A DNA stretch of 64,000 nt from Octopus sinensis (GCF_006345805.1 NC_043025.1:14818001-14882000), one strand, 5' to 3'. Shown: positions 12,801-27,610, counted from the first letter of the stretch. Notes: generated from the sequence alone by a model not told the origin. Program-made: numbers and translations.

Positions 12801-15800
12801 TTGTGTTGACATCTGGCCTTCAAAAGGAAAAGATCCAACAATTCTGCCTCAGACAAAAGATCTCACGTCTGCACTTATTTAGTTCCACAATTCCCCAGAA
12901 TACCAAACAATGGAAGAAATGTCTTGAAAATGTCTCACCATATTCTCTTCATTCCCTGTGGGCCATTTGTTTTGAACTTGTTCCTTGAGATGTTTAAAGA
13001 CCAACCTCATCAGAATTGGACATTTACTGTGGGAGTTCAGGATGGCCTCCATAATATTGGTAATGTAACAAGTGACGGCTGTCTTGCTGTGCTCCAGGAC
13101 GTGGCCGTTAGACTCTTTTATGCTGGACCAGTGGCGCCTTTGTTGGGAAGAATGCAAAGAAGAATGGGTGAAAGTGGTGTTATATCAAACATACATGCGT
13201 GCATGTGTAGATGTGTCTATGCATTTGTATGCATGTGTGTATATATATGTATATATATATATAGTTAATCCAAACAAGAAAGCACAAAAAATACAACAAC
13301 GTGAGGATGTGGAACAAATATAGTATTATTGGACGCTCAGGAAAGAAGGAAAGAAGGAGGGTTTAACATTTCGAGCGGAGCTCTTTGTCGGAAACATAGG
13401 AGAAGGAAAGATCCAGAGAAGGGAAGACAGAGAAAAAAAATCGCCAACGGTACACACGAGGTCACATTTTGAAAGGAATATATATATATATATAATAATA
13501 TTAGGGAGTAAATCCAAATTTACAGGGAAAAATTAGATTTAGGATTAAATCCAATTTCACAGTATAAATATAAATTAAATTAGAGATAAAAACACTATTA
13601 GGCAAATCAAACAGTGAAAAACATAAAAATAAAAATAATTAATATAATCAACAAAATATATAAAATATAAAATTTAAAATTTAAATTGAAAATCATTAAT
13701 TTATATTTATATATATTTTATATATAACTATCAAAAAGTATTAAAAGTTTAATATAAGATAATAAGTAATCTTATATTAAACTTTTAATACTTTTTGATA
13801 GTTATATAAATATATATATATATATAAATTAATAATTTTAAATTTAAATAATTTAAATTTTATATTTTATATATTTTGTTGATTATATTAATTATATTTA
13901 TTTTTATGTTTTGGTTTATGTTTTCCATTGTTTGAGTTGCCTAATGGTAGTTTTATCTCTAATTTAATTTACATACATATATATGTATCCTTAAATCCTT
14001 AAAAATGTTTAAGCCCGAAGGCCGCGGCCATGCTGGGGCACCACCGCTGTATATATATAATTTTTTCTTTCTCGCTAGACCACTGGCAACTAAGAATTTT
14101 TCAATGAATATTCTTGCTACCCTAAGATTTTTATTAATGATAAAATGTTTTTTGGCTAATTCTGGAAGAAAATCGGCAATTTATTTATTTAGTGCTGGTT
14201 GAGTTCCGCATCTGCATAGTAAATTTGAAAAATTAGAACCTACAGACACATGGCTGATTACTTATAGCTATGTGTTCAGTCTTGGCAACCTACTGAGGAA
14301 GCAGTGCCAGATATAGACTGAAATTATCTTATTTCAGTCTGTACTTAAGTTTGCAGAAACCTTGCAGGGTCTAGGATTAAGGTAAAAATTTTTATTTTCC
14401 AATCACTTTCGGAATTACAACAATTGGTGGCTTGGAGTTTTAACTGCTCTTTCTAGCGAGTCAGATATCCTATTCTTCGGGTATCTCTTTTGTGTTTGAA
14501 CGTACAATGTATTCTTCTCGAAATATATATATAGGCGCAGGAGTGGCTGTGTGGTAAGTAGCTTGCTAACCAACCACATGGTTCCGGGTTCAGTCCCACT
14601 GCGTGGCACCTTGGGCAAGTGTCTTCTGCTATTGCCCCGGGCCGACCAATGCCTTGTGAGTGGATTTGGTAGGCGGAAACTGAAAGAAGCCTGTCGTATA
14701 TATGTATATATATATATGTATGCGTGTGTGTGTTTGTGTGTCTGTGTTTGTCCCCCAACATCGCTTGACAACCGATGCTGGTGTGTTTACGTCCCCGTCA
14801 CTTAGCGGTTTGGCAAAAGAGACCGATAGAATAAGTACTGGGCTTACAAAAGAATAAGTCTCGGGGTCGATCTGCTTGACTAAAGGCGGTGCTCCAGCAT
14901 GGCCGCAGTCAAATGACTGAAACAAGTAAAAGAGTATATAATGTATATGTATGTATGAGGCACAGCATAAATAGTGGGCTTTACATTATCCTTTATTCAT
15001 ACAATTTGTGACTTACATCTGTTTCTGAAGGGCATTGTAGGTGCAGACCATTGTCCTGTTTATTCAATTGGTCCATGTGGAGGGACATGGCCTAGTGGTT
15101 AGAGCAGCGGACTCGCGGTCGGGGGATCGCGGGTTCAAATCTCAGACCGGACGATGTGTGTGTTTACGAGTAAAAACACCTGAGCTCCACGCAGCTCCGG
15201 CAGAAGGTAATGGTGAACTTCTGCTGACTCTTTTGTCACAACTTTCTCTCGCTCTTTCCTCCTGCATCTTGCAGCTCACCTGAGATGGACTGGCATCCCG
15301 TCCAGGTGGGGAACCTATACGCCAAGGAAACCGGGAAACCGGCCCTTATGAGCCAAGTGTGGCTCGAGAAGGAGAAGGAACAATTGGTCCGTTGATCAAC
15401 TCTGCAGACTCTGATGAAGATAACATTAGTTTTTTTAAAGTTCAATTTTTCTCACTTGATCAACAAACCAATTAATTATGACTGCACCTATAATATTTAT
15501 CAAAAATCAAAATTGCACAAATAAAGAAATGGAGTATACTCATCAACCCTGCCATAAGTCTAACGAATGGTATTAGGGCCACAACCCGGCAAACGGGGCT
15601 CTGGTGAAAATCCTCGGAGTGTCTGCTTCGGCAATTGGCGGCTCCTCGGTCGTTCTGTCCCTGCGTCTGCGGACAATCTGTAGCAAACAGGATGTCTCCT
15701 CATGCAGGATTGTTGGGGACCGCTTGTGAAATCCACATATTCCCACGAAACTTCTTCCACGAGTAGAAGAAGCCGACTCAATCCGCCCAGGGTGAATGTC

Positions 15801-15867
15801 ACCACAAGTACAAGTAATCCCTCATTAATAACTCTTTATATATATATATGTGTGTGTGTATATATAT

Positions 15868-15898
<31 letters not shown>

Positions 15899-17890
15899 CG
15901 CTAGGATCAACTGCTAAATCTATAAGTTTTTTTTATTCTCTCTGTTTATTTTCTTTTATTCCTTTCCGTTGAGGAGTGTAGGCTTGAAACGTAAAAGATT
16001 TTCTCACTTTCCCAAGTGTCAAACTAATACACCTGCTTGTTATTTGTACACCTGTCATCTTTTGCTTTTCTGTAAATTTCAACTACACACACACTTCTTA
16101 CACAAACCACTTCATTTCATGCTACAGAGTAGTGATGATGGATTTTATGGCAAAGGGCACCACAATATAATGGGGCACATTATGCTTCTTTGCTGCAGAA
16201 ATTGCAGGACGCCATCAAAGCAGAGAGGCATGGCATGCTGACCAAAGGAGTCTGCCTCCTCCAAGACAACGCTCCAGTTCACAATGTGCATGTTGCCCAT
16301 ATTGAAAGCTTGACTCCTGCGGCTATGAAATATATACATGTGTGTGTGAAGTGTGTGTGTATGTATCTACATGTGAAAAAGAGATAGACAGAGAAAGAGA
16401 GAGATAGGGAGAGAAAGCTTGTACCTTTTGATACTATCAACCCTCGTTGGGTCCAGCTCCACTATTCTTCGGTCGCCATACACTTGGTCTATCACATGGC
16501 CCATCGTCTCTTGTAAATAGTGAAGACCCACCACCTGGCAATAAACAATTGGAATAAAGAATATCAAACAACAAACCCAAACAAACAAAGGGTGCTGACT
16601 GGCCCTTAATGTCTTTGGTTGGGAGTTGGCTGCAACTTGTAGTAGAAATGAAAGCAAAATGAAAACAACAACAACAACAATAAGAAGAATAATCGTTTCT
16701 CGTATAGGCACAAGGCTTGAAATTGTTGGGGAGGGGACTGGTTGATTACATCAACCCCAGTGGTCAACTGGTATTAATTTATTGAGGCAGCGAGCCTCAA
16801 TAATTTATTAAGGCGGCGAGCTGGCAGAATCGTTAGCACGCCAGGCGAAATGCGTAGCCGTATTTCGTCAGCCGTTACGTTCTGAGTTCAAATTCTGCCG
16901 AGGTTGACTTTGCCTTTCATTCTTTCAGGGTCGATTAAATAAGTACCACTTACGCACTGGGGTCGATGTAATTGACTTAGTTAGTTAGTTTGTTAATTTT
17001 TTGGCTCAAAAGCAAAAAGCAAGGCCATGTAGGGGGACATGGAGTTATGTACCGGGTGGTATTCATGCAAAGAGTTCAGGCCATTTCTGGTCGAGAGAGA
17101 CTTTGAACCGAGTGGTCGTTGGCATCTTCACTATCTTGTCCGGCAGCTTATTCCACAGATCCGCAACCCAGACAGAGAAAGCCCCTCGCTTTTGATTGAG
17201 ATGAAATCGTCGCAGATAGAGCTTTTGGGAGTGACCCGGCAGCCGACGCTCTGGAGCAGGAGTGAAGAACAGGTCTTTCGAGAGGTTACACTTTCTGCTT
17301 ATGATGTTGTGAGCGAGAATGAGATCACCACGGCGTCATCGTTTCTCTAGAGAATAATGGTCGAGCGTCTTCAGCCTTTCTTCATAAGACTTAATCCGTT
17401 TGTCTGTCCTTGTTTGTCCCCTCTGTGTTTAGCCCCTTGTGGGTAGTAAAGAAATAGGTACTTAATTTATTGAACCTAAAAGGATGAAAGGCAAAGTCAA
17501 CCTTGGTGGGATTTGAAGTGAGAGAATGTAAAAAACTGGACGAAATGCCACTAAGAGAAAGAAGAAAAAAAAATTCACAACTACAACGATTTGAGAGGGG
17601 TTAGTTTTAAGTTGTGGGTCCATTAACTGACAGTTCTTACCTTCATAAAATGGTCCATAGACTTCGTAGCTAGGGAGTTCCCTCGGAACAGTGTGTTGGG
17701 ATCAGCTGAAATTGTAAATAGGAAATTTGTTTCAGAAGCAAAGAAATGTGAAAGTGCAGTGCACACATGTCTCTATACTTGCCGTCTCTGAAGAACATTT
17801 GGTACTACTTGATGATGCTCTTATGCACCATCCAGTTTTAATACCCTGTGTGAAACTGGTTGGTAATACGATTAGTTATGATACTGTATA

Positions 17891-17932
<42 letters not shown>

Positions 17933-19991
17933 TAACAAAGGGTAAAATTAATTAATTAAGAAGTAATCAATAATTTCACCAAGCAGAATTCGGCATGAAA
18001 AAAGGACCATTTCACGGTAAACTTAAGTAATACTTAATAATTAGGGTTTAGCAAAGATTTGCTTTACCACATACCTAACTTCGATAGCTAAGGTTTTTGG
18101 CTGCTATTTCTAAACTTCGGTATGTGGTAAAGCAAATCTTTGCTAAACCCTAATTATTAAGTATATATATATATATTATATATATATATATATATATAAT
18201 ATATATATATATATATAATAATGGACTTTCCATCATTAAATGATGTATGAGGGTTCGACATTTTCTTACCAAACAAGCACACAGATGATTTATAGTGATC
18301 AAATGTTTGTGTAGACCTAAGCTCGCACCCTCCATCAAATTGACATTACCTGTACAGGTGCAACAGGGTGCCGCATGTCAGATGTCAAAATGATCGCAGA
18401 GCAACATGAAATGAAGAACACAATACAATGCCCGGTCTGGGAATTGAACCCACGATCTCACAGTCATGAGTGCAGCACCCTAACCACTAAGCCATGCACC
18501 TTCACATCTAGTCTTTATATATAAAATTGAAGTTGTGTGTGTGAGACTCTGTCTCCTCCGATTTAGATTCCTAACTACTCTCACATTTTGCGGTGCAGTT
18601 TAACCAAAAGCGGGTATCTTATAGTCGTCATTCATATCGAGCCCTTCTGGGTATTAGCGCGCATCTACGATGAGTCTACGATTTAAAAAAAAATTTACCA
18701 TCATTTTTCCGCATTTTTAATGATTTTTGCTCGGGTTATATAAGGGAAGTAACTCTCTAAAAATGGTTATATAGTTATTTCCCTTACAAACCCGAGCAAC
18801 GCCGGGTGATACTGCTAGTTATATATAAAGATATATAGATAGACAGACAGATAGATATGTTGGCTGCAACTGCAAAATGATTTCAAGCAATACCATTGCT
18901 TTGTATTTTTCTCTTAAACATGGAGGATCCACACTCGTTCATGTCGACATGGCAATGATGGGCACCTCTTGCAGCAGGTGTTCAGAGAGTTTACCACCCA
19001 TGCTGACTCATGCCTTCATTCCATCTTTGAAAGGTTTTTGTCTTGCAAGGTACTTGCTGATTCTGTAAAAGCACCCAGTGGCACTCTGCAAAGTGGTTGG
19101 CATTAGGAAGGGCGTCCAACCATAGAAACCATTTCAAAACTGATATGGAGCCAAGGCAGCCATTCAGCCGGCCAGACCCTGGTCAAGCTGTCCAACCCAT
19201 GCCAGCATGGAAAACAAACATTAAATGATGATGATGATGGTGATTGAATATTCTCTCCTGGTATCACATGTTCATACACACAGACATCAACCACCACCAC
19301 CACCAAATTCCCGTTCCCCTCCCCATGGCTGTCACCACCCTTCCCTTGTCCTCCACCTCCACCACCTCTGCCACTACTTACATGTGTTCTTGACCTCTTC
19401 TGCTGTGATGGCCGTCAAATATTCTGTGATGAGTCCCTCGTTTAAATAAAGTCTGACCAGACAGTTGGACATTTCATTGAGGTCAAGGCGACTGATTTCT
19501 TCCAACAAGTGGACAGCACTGAGATCTGGTGCTTCTGTACCCTAGAGAGAGAGAGAGAGAGAGTGTGAGAAAGAGAGAGTAAGAGAGAGATGAGTGTGAG
19601 CTGGAGTCAAAGTGCTCAAAGACCAAATTGAGAAGAGTGGGCTTAGCTGACCTCAAATTAATTACATTGACCCCAGCACTTAACTGCAACTTAATTTTAT
19701 TGATGTTAAAGGGATGAACAGCAAAACTGACTTTGGCAGAACTTGAACTCAGAATGTAAATACAGACAAAATACTGTTAAGTGTTTTGCCTGGTGTGCTA
19801 ACAATTCTGCCACTTCACCACTTTATTTATATGTAGGAGTGGCTGTGTGGTAAGTAGCTTGCTTACCAACCACATGGTTCTGGGTTCAGTCCCACTGCGT
19901 GGCATCTTGGGCAAGTGTCTTCTACTATAGCCTCGGGCTGACCAAAGCCTTCTGAGTGGATTTGGCAAATGGAAACTGAAAGAAGCCCATC

Positions 19992-20053
<62 letters not shown>

Positions 20054-21035
20054 TTTGTGTTCTGCGTTTGTCCCCCTCAAAATCGCTTGACAACTGATGC
20101 TGGTGTCCCCGTAACTTAGCGGTTCGGCAAAAGAGACCGATTGAATAAGTACTAGGCTAACAAAGAATAAGTCCTGGGGTCGATTTGCTCGACTAAAGGC
20201 GGTGCTCCAGCATGGCCGCAGTCAAATGACTGAAACAAGTAAAAGAGTAAAAGAGAGAGAGAGTATCACTATCATATCTTTGCTTCTGTGATGGGGTGCT
20301 GTAAAATTCCTGGCTTTAAGGGTATCACAAAAGGCCTGGTTGGAGGCCCAACCTTCCGAGTTCTTTTACAGGGTTTAGAAAAACTGAAGGACCCCCTGCA
20401 GTAAGTGTGTCAACCTGAGAAGGGAATATGGTGAATAAAATCATAATTAGCTGATCTTCCTGTATTCTCCTTTACCCAAAGCCAGGAACTTTTCAGTACC
20501 CCTTAGTATGTATAAATTTATATAGGCATGTGTGTATATAATATGTGTATGTATTGTGTGCAAGTGTGGGTGTGTGAGGCTGTTTGTGTATGGATATATG
20601 TTTGTGTATAGTTATGTATGTTCATGTATGTGTGTATATATATATTTATATATATATTGTTGTATTTAGGAATGGTCATTTTGCCAGTTTAGCCAATAAA
20701 AACACACACGCACTATATATTTGGTGTTACTTTGCTTCAGCGTTATTTATATTTTACATTAATCTTAATCTTATTTTGGCCAGAGTTCTTTCTTCACACT
20801 CCTGTGACCGCATCAGTGGTCCTTTGCTTTCTTCTTTCTTATTTGTGTGTCTCTCCTTACTAACCATCAGCCGTTTTGTATTTCTATTGTATGTGTCTTC
20901 ATTTGCGCATGCTTATACCTCTATGTGTGTCTATGTTTAGTTAGTGTGTGTGGGGGGGAAGTACCTGTAATATTTGTATCTCCTGTTTATATACATTCGT
21001 GTAATTTGTTTTTGTCTATTTTTATTTACACCTAC

Positions 21036-21073
<38 letters not shown>

Positions 21074-21458
21074 GGGTTTTTCTTCTTCTTTCAAATTTGC
21101 TTCCATTTCTTGCCGAGTGTCTTCCTGACTCCTAGGGCAAAGAAACTCATAGTATACATTGGTAGACCATTAAACTAAACTCACTAGTTCGTTCATTTTT
21201 TTTTTTTTTTTTAAAGTTAAATTAAAATACATGGGTAGTAATAGTTCTCACATCGGCAATCCTCTTCTCAATACGTGTGATGTACCAGTTAAGACAATCT
21301 TTTGCACTTCTTGCGGGGATGGTAAGCCAGGGATCATTCTCATATAATTTTCGGTTCCCTTCTTGATCATTCCTAGTGCTCCTACGATCACTGATATTGT
21401 AACCGCCTTGAGATGCCACATTTTCTCAATTTCAATGAGCAGGTCTTTATATTTTTTA

Positions 21459-21500
<42 letters not shown>

Positions 21501-21604
21501 CATTATTATTATGTATGTATAATAATAATAATAATAATAATAATAACAGTAATAACAATTTTTTAAAATGTGTATAGTTATTTACTTCCATTTGTTTATT
21601 TATC

Positions 21605-21652
<48 letters not shown>

Positions 21653-22762
21653 TGAGAAAGTTGGTTTGTGAAAGCACGTGGTTGAATATATAGAAAATAG
21701 TAAAAAGTGAAAAAACTACAGAAGGCTTATATATATGTATGTATGTAAGTATGTATGCCTGCTTCCATATGTGTGTGCATGAATACTTAGATACATTTAC
21801 TTAAGTTTTGACCAGAATTGGCCCAAGCCATGACTAACTTGATGATGCCACCTAGAAAAGCCATCTTATAGTCATTGTTTGGGTACCATAAGTCCATTCA
21901 AATACAGAGTTATTGTTCACAAAGATACATCGAGATGTTGGTGATTTATCTGGAATTTGTTGGAGATAATTGCAGCGTGGAAGGTGTTTGTAAGCCATTT
22001 AAGAAACACACAAAAGCCGTTCGATTCACTTCAACATTTAAGTTTAATTTGTCAAAATATTTTTGTCAGTGAACAGGGCGCGATCTTAAAGCGATGAAAA
22101 TATTTTGACAAATTAAACTTAAATGTTGAAGTGAATCGAACGGCTTTTGTGTGTTTCTTAAAAGGCTTATAAACACCTTCCACGCTGCAATTGTTTTCGT
22201 TTCAGCACTTGCTATGCAAGTACATCTCCGTAATTGTTGGAGATATTCATCTAGGAACCATTCGAATGTTTTAAGATATTTTTCTTCCCTTATGTGTTAC
22301 AGAGAATAGGGCCAGTTCAAGTGAAATAGTTCTGTCTTAGTGTTGTGATGTTTGTTGAGGACAGATGGTATGGCTACCAAGCGTTGAGTGAATTTTAAAG
22401 TCAATGTGAACATCGCTTGGGCAATGCTGTTGGAATATTTTCAACACCGAACAAGTGATACAACACTCACAGTTATGTTGGAGGGATTAGAGTTGGGGTT
22501 TATTGAGATGATCCCAATAATCAAGGCCTGTCATGTTGTCTATATTTTTTTTTGTGATCAATCTCTGGAGTGCTTCAATTTTTATATTTTGTTTCATGTA
22601 GGAGGGCCACAGCGAAGAGCAGTATTCAAGATGGGGATGGGCATGGGTGGAGAAGAAGGGGATGATTGTAGGAGTGCTTCTGGACTGGCAAGTTCTGTAT
22701 ATATGTGTGTACACAGATATATGTGTTTGTATATATATGTATTTCTGTGTGAATGTGTGTGT

Positions 22763-22835
<73 letters not shown>

Positions 22836-25800
22836 CCTTTGGCAGAACTGAATCTGTGAGAATGTGTCGCAGTGTGCCATAGCTGTATGTGGGTAACACT
22901 GTTTCCTGTATGAGGTGGACCTTTATGCGGACACTGCCCCGGTTAGGAGCTGGCTTTGGGAACATCGGATCGCCCCTGAAAAATAGAGTTCAAATGCAAT
23001 ATGTATACAAACATATGTATATATACAAATCTGTAGGCATAAAAGGATAAAAGTATAACCAAGAAAAACAGAGAAGAGATTATAAGAGATTATCTTTAAC
23101 AATAAGGATTAAGTTATTACAAGAATCGAAATCAAAAGATGGAAGAAAGTAAATTGGTGTGCAGACAGCCCCTGACAGCTTATTGCCAAGAAGGCTGAGG
23201 GTGTCTTGGCATCACTCACCAAATCCTTTGTGAGCTGCTCTCCGACTATCTATCTGAGTCTTTATATAGCTATGGTAAGACCTCACCTGGAATTTGCATC
23301 ACTGGTCTGGAACCCCTATCTTGCCCAGGATATTAATCTTCTGGAAGCCGTTCAGCGATGTGTAACCAAGAGAATACCCTCCATCAGGCATTTGCCATAT
23401 TCTGAATGCCTTACTTCCCTGGGCATGGACACATTGAAAATCCGTCTGGCAGCTGACTTGGTAGACACCCATAAAATTATTAACCATCTTACAAATAATA
23501 ACTCTGAGCACCTTTTCAAACTCCACCTGTCTAACACCTGTGGACATGTTTACAAAGTCAGAAAACAGCACAGCTCCCATGACTTTCGGAAACATTTTTT
23601 CACGCTAAGAGTTGCTGAAGCATGGAACAAACTGCCGGCATCAGTTGTTAGTTGTCGGAGCACTGCATCCTTCAAAATTTCCATGCTTCCTGAGAGATTC
23701 ACCAACACTACACCTGATTTTCTCCCCTCCATACACACACAAGCATGTATATGACTCATACACTGTTCACTTTCCAGACATTTGTACATTACTGCATGTA
23801 CTTTATATGCACTTTCAGACAAGTTGTGGTGCACCTGAGCACTGTATACAATAATTTCATTATATTATATGAATAGATGTGCAGATGGTGCATCTTGCAC
23901 AATACAAATGGATGGTATCTATATAGCAGTGATTTATTCCATCGACAGAGAGAGAATGAGATGTAGTAGCAATCCGTTCCATTGTCTGAGGGAGAATGAA
24001 GTAAGACTTTGGTAGAAAGCTTTGGTTTGCCGCTTTAGTGGTGTGTAGAGGAAGGTTGAAAGGGGACGAGGCAGAGAAAATAAGGTCCCAGAAAGACAAG
24101 GATTCACAGAAACTAACAATCATGTAAAGGGATGTAGATTTCTAGAGTTAGAGGAAAAAATATGGAGAGGAATGGTGAGTGTCAATGTGGATTGGGAGAG
24201 AGAATTCTAAGTGGAATGGTGTGAAGGAAGTCATGGGTAGATGGCAATAAAAGAGTCTTCAGTTTGCTAGACTAGCCTGTGGGATGACGTCAGCAGCTGG
24301 GGAGCTGACTGGAAGAGAAAGGGGCAGGAGTGACGCGTGCGCAGGCAGGGCAGGATGGGGCCTTTTTCGATCAAGGTAGCCGAGGGAGTCAGATGCGTGA
24401 GCATGTTGTTAAGGTAGGGGAGAAGCAACTGCTGTTTCTAGTGTTTGGGTCAGGCTGCGTTGAAGGGTCCATTACCGCTGAGAGGTCTCCATCGAGTGAA
24501 GAGAAGGTAGGTGTCCTTATTTCGAATCTCTCGCATACACCACATAGCCTGCTGTGTGTATATACAATAATGAGACACACACACACACACTGTGTATATA
24601 TCTCCATTTTACTTTTTTACTTGTTTCAGTCATTCAATCCGAATGGAGAAAAAATGGAGTCCAGAGCAATAATAAGAAATTGAAATGACAAACGATTAAA
24701 TGATTAGCTTCAAGTGCACTTCATGTTTGAGGCTCTGATGAAGCTTTTATAAGGTGTTATTCAGCTACTCAACTATTGAGTTGACTGCATCTTATAGTGG
24801 AAACACCTGTAAGCTAAGGAAATTCATAAGACAGTCATTTTCCTTTATCCTTTTTTTCTCTTGTAATATATATATATACTAGCATTAAAGACCTGTCGTT
24901 GCCGGGTCATAGTGCTAGTGCATGTATATATGTGTATATATATGTGTACATCTATATATATACATCTACACATAAAATACAAAATACAAAGTTATATCTT
25001 GATATCGCTAGTGATAACAATACTCAAAATATATAACAGACTGGAATTGTAAGCCTGTCTCTTGTAATTTCGATCAATTGTATCTTGTCGTCCCTCTTGT
25101 ATAGAAGTGTGGCTACAATCCAGCCTACCTCTACTTCGGGGGGGGGGGGGTATTTTAAATTTTCTTCCGGCACGTCCTACATCCCAGATATAAAGGTAAA
25201 AATAAAATATTTCCACTTTGCAAATTCGAGTCGAGTACTCCCTTGCACGCTCCGTTGACTCAAACATTGCTTCTATTGTGGTGAATTTACCGCCTCTGAT
25301 TAGATATCTTTCATAGTCGCACCAAGACACTTTTCGATGGTGCTTTCCTCTAGGTTAATTCTTTATTACCCACTAGGGGCTACATAGAGGGGACGTTACA
25401 AACATTGGGGACATAGAACATCACAATTACATAGATATGAGTAAAAATGAATTATGAAGATGATATATGAAAGCGGTGCCAACGGCCCCATCCGCTAGCA
25501 CCACTTACCTGTCCTTTTGTTTTCACTGTCACCTGAATGTTCATTCCCAATACGAAGACCATCCATATCCATTCTTACTCCGAAATACTCCTCCATATTT
25601 TCCACGAATTCATCGCTCATTCTTGTATCTTTCACCTCCCAATTCTCCCTTTCACACCTCAACACAAACTCATCTATATTCTTCTTTTCCAGCACTGCAT
25701 ATCTGGTCCCATCCATTTCATACCATTTATACTCTTCCATTACCCTTTTAACTTCTTTCTGTTCAGTCATAATATAAATGTTCGGCCTGGGTTCGTTTTC

Positions 25801-27570
25801 AAACTCTTGTCTGTCTGTATTATTTTTTTCTTTTGTTTTCTTGTTGGAGGGGAGCGGGTGGGTTCACTGTCTGCAGGGATAGGGTGGGTCTCAGAGGGTG
25901 TGGGTGGTGTTGGGGTGGATTGGTGTTCTATGTTATTTTCTTTTCCTCGTATTCTTCTCTTCCTCTTATTCCCAGCTTCTTTCCATTTCTGTGAATTCTC
26001 TTCTACTGTCTCCTTCTCCTCTGGTTTCTGCTTCTCTCTCTGTGGTTCGGAATCCATTTCTTTCACTGGGGGAGGGCAGAAGGCTCTTATGTGACCCCTC
26101 AGGCCACACTTGTAACAACGTGGAGCTCTGCCCTCCACCCACACTCTCATGATCACGTCTCCCAATCTGATGCTTTTCGCCAGGTCCACCAGTACTTCGT
26201 TCTCTGCCTGCACGTTCAGTTCCACTGTTACGCCTCTCCAGCCTTCGGTCTTAACCGAGGCATGGAGAATATCCACTTCCTCCTCGTGGCCGCTAATCAC
26301 AGCTGCCACAATCCACTCAGCCTCAACGTTTGGAGGCACTCCCTCCACCCTTACTCGTGTAATCGTTCTATTTAGATATGTAGGCAAAAGTGTTACCTTC
26401 TCGGATTTCACTGCCTTCGCCGCCATCTTCCTTGCTGCATTCTCACTTTTAAACTGTACCACTACAGTACCATACTTTGATCCTCGAGTCAGAAAATTAA
26501 TTTCCTCCTCTGTTCTTCTCAGCGCCTCCTCTATCCACTCCATGTTTACAACTTCTATCTTCTTCCTTTCGTTTGCGAACACCCTGTATATAATGGTCCT
26601 TTTATCATACCATTCTTTTCTCTTGGGTGTTGGTGCTAGTTCGACCTCACCGCTATCCTTTTTCATATATTTCTGGTAACTTGGCAGCTTGGCCAAGTCC
26701 ACCCCTTTCTCTTCCGCCTTCTTGGTTACACCGGCATAGGTATAACCCAGCTTTTGATCCATCATTCTCACTGCCTGTTCCAGTTCCTCCTCAGACGTAG
26801 ACAAGTCTGATAGGGAATCAAAGTCCATTTCCTTCTGTCTGACAGACCGAAAACGGCCGCCCGAACAGAAAAAGTGTAACTCGTAGAACCAATGTAACGC
26901 GAAACCGCATCAACGACGTTCAAAATTTCCACAACAACAATACTTTTTGTTCTTTTTTCTTTTTTAACCGAATTTTACAGAGCGTAAAAAACCACGACCG
27001 ACGGTGTGAAAATCTTCTTTTTTCTCTATATTGTATACTTTATAGACAATAGTCTTTTCTTTAATTTAATTTTTTATTATCCATCTGGACTCTTCCATTT
27101 CTGCACGCTAATTTTATTCTTAATTTATTCCCATTCACGTGAAACCACTTATTCAAGTTCAAATCATTGATGCAATTCTATACCAAATGCTATTTTTACT
27201 TTTGTTATACTTTAGTTTGATTTTAATTATTACTTACTACATATAAGTCAATTGTTATTATTATTATTATTGTTAAAGTGAAAGTATCTGACATAAAATA
27301 GAGAAATGTTTTTGTTTCACTTTTAACACGTAATACTGAAATAGTGGAGAAGATATGATATGGCTATGGGCTCGCCCTAGGCAAGAAGGCATGTGTAAGT
27401 AAGGCATGTGTAAAATTTGAATGAAATTGGTTGTGTAGTTCTCAAGTTTTTGGGAAGCACACAGACAGACAGACAGACATTCTCAGTTTTATATATATAA
27501 AGATATACATATATATATATGTCAGTATTGTCCTCATTTTTTCCATGTTGTGATGCATGCATGTGTATGT

Positions 27571-27610
<40 letters not shown>

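Noticed and set aside
14533-14610. tRNA genes (A and B boxes here and in other copies)
   Set aside because: They are SINE heads that continue into conserved SINE bodies and tails.
25537-26679. Plus-strand ORFs of 185 and 176 aa
   Set aside because: Antisense shadows of the minus-strand ORF1.
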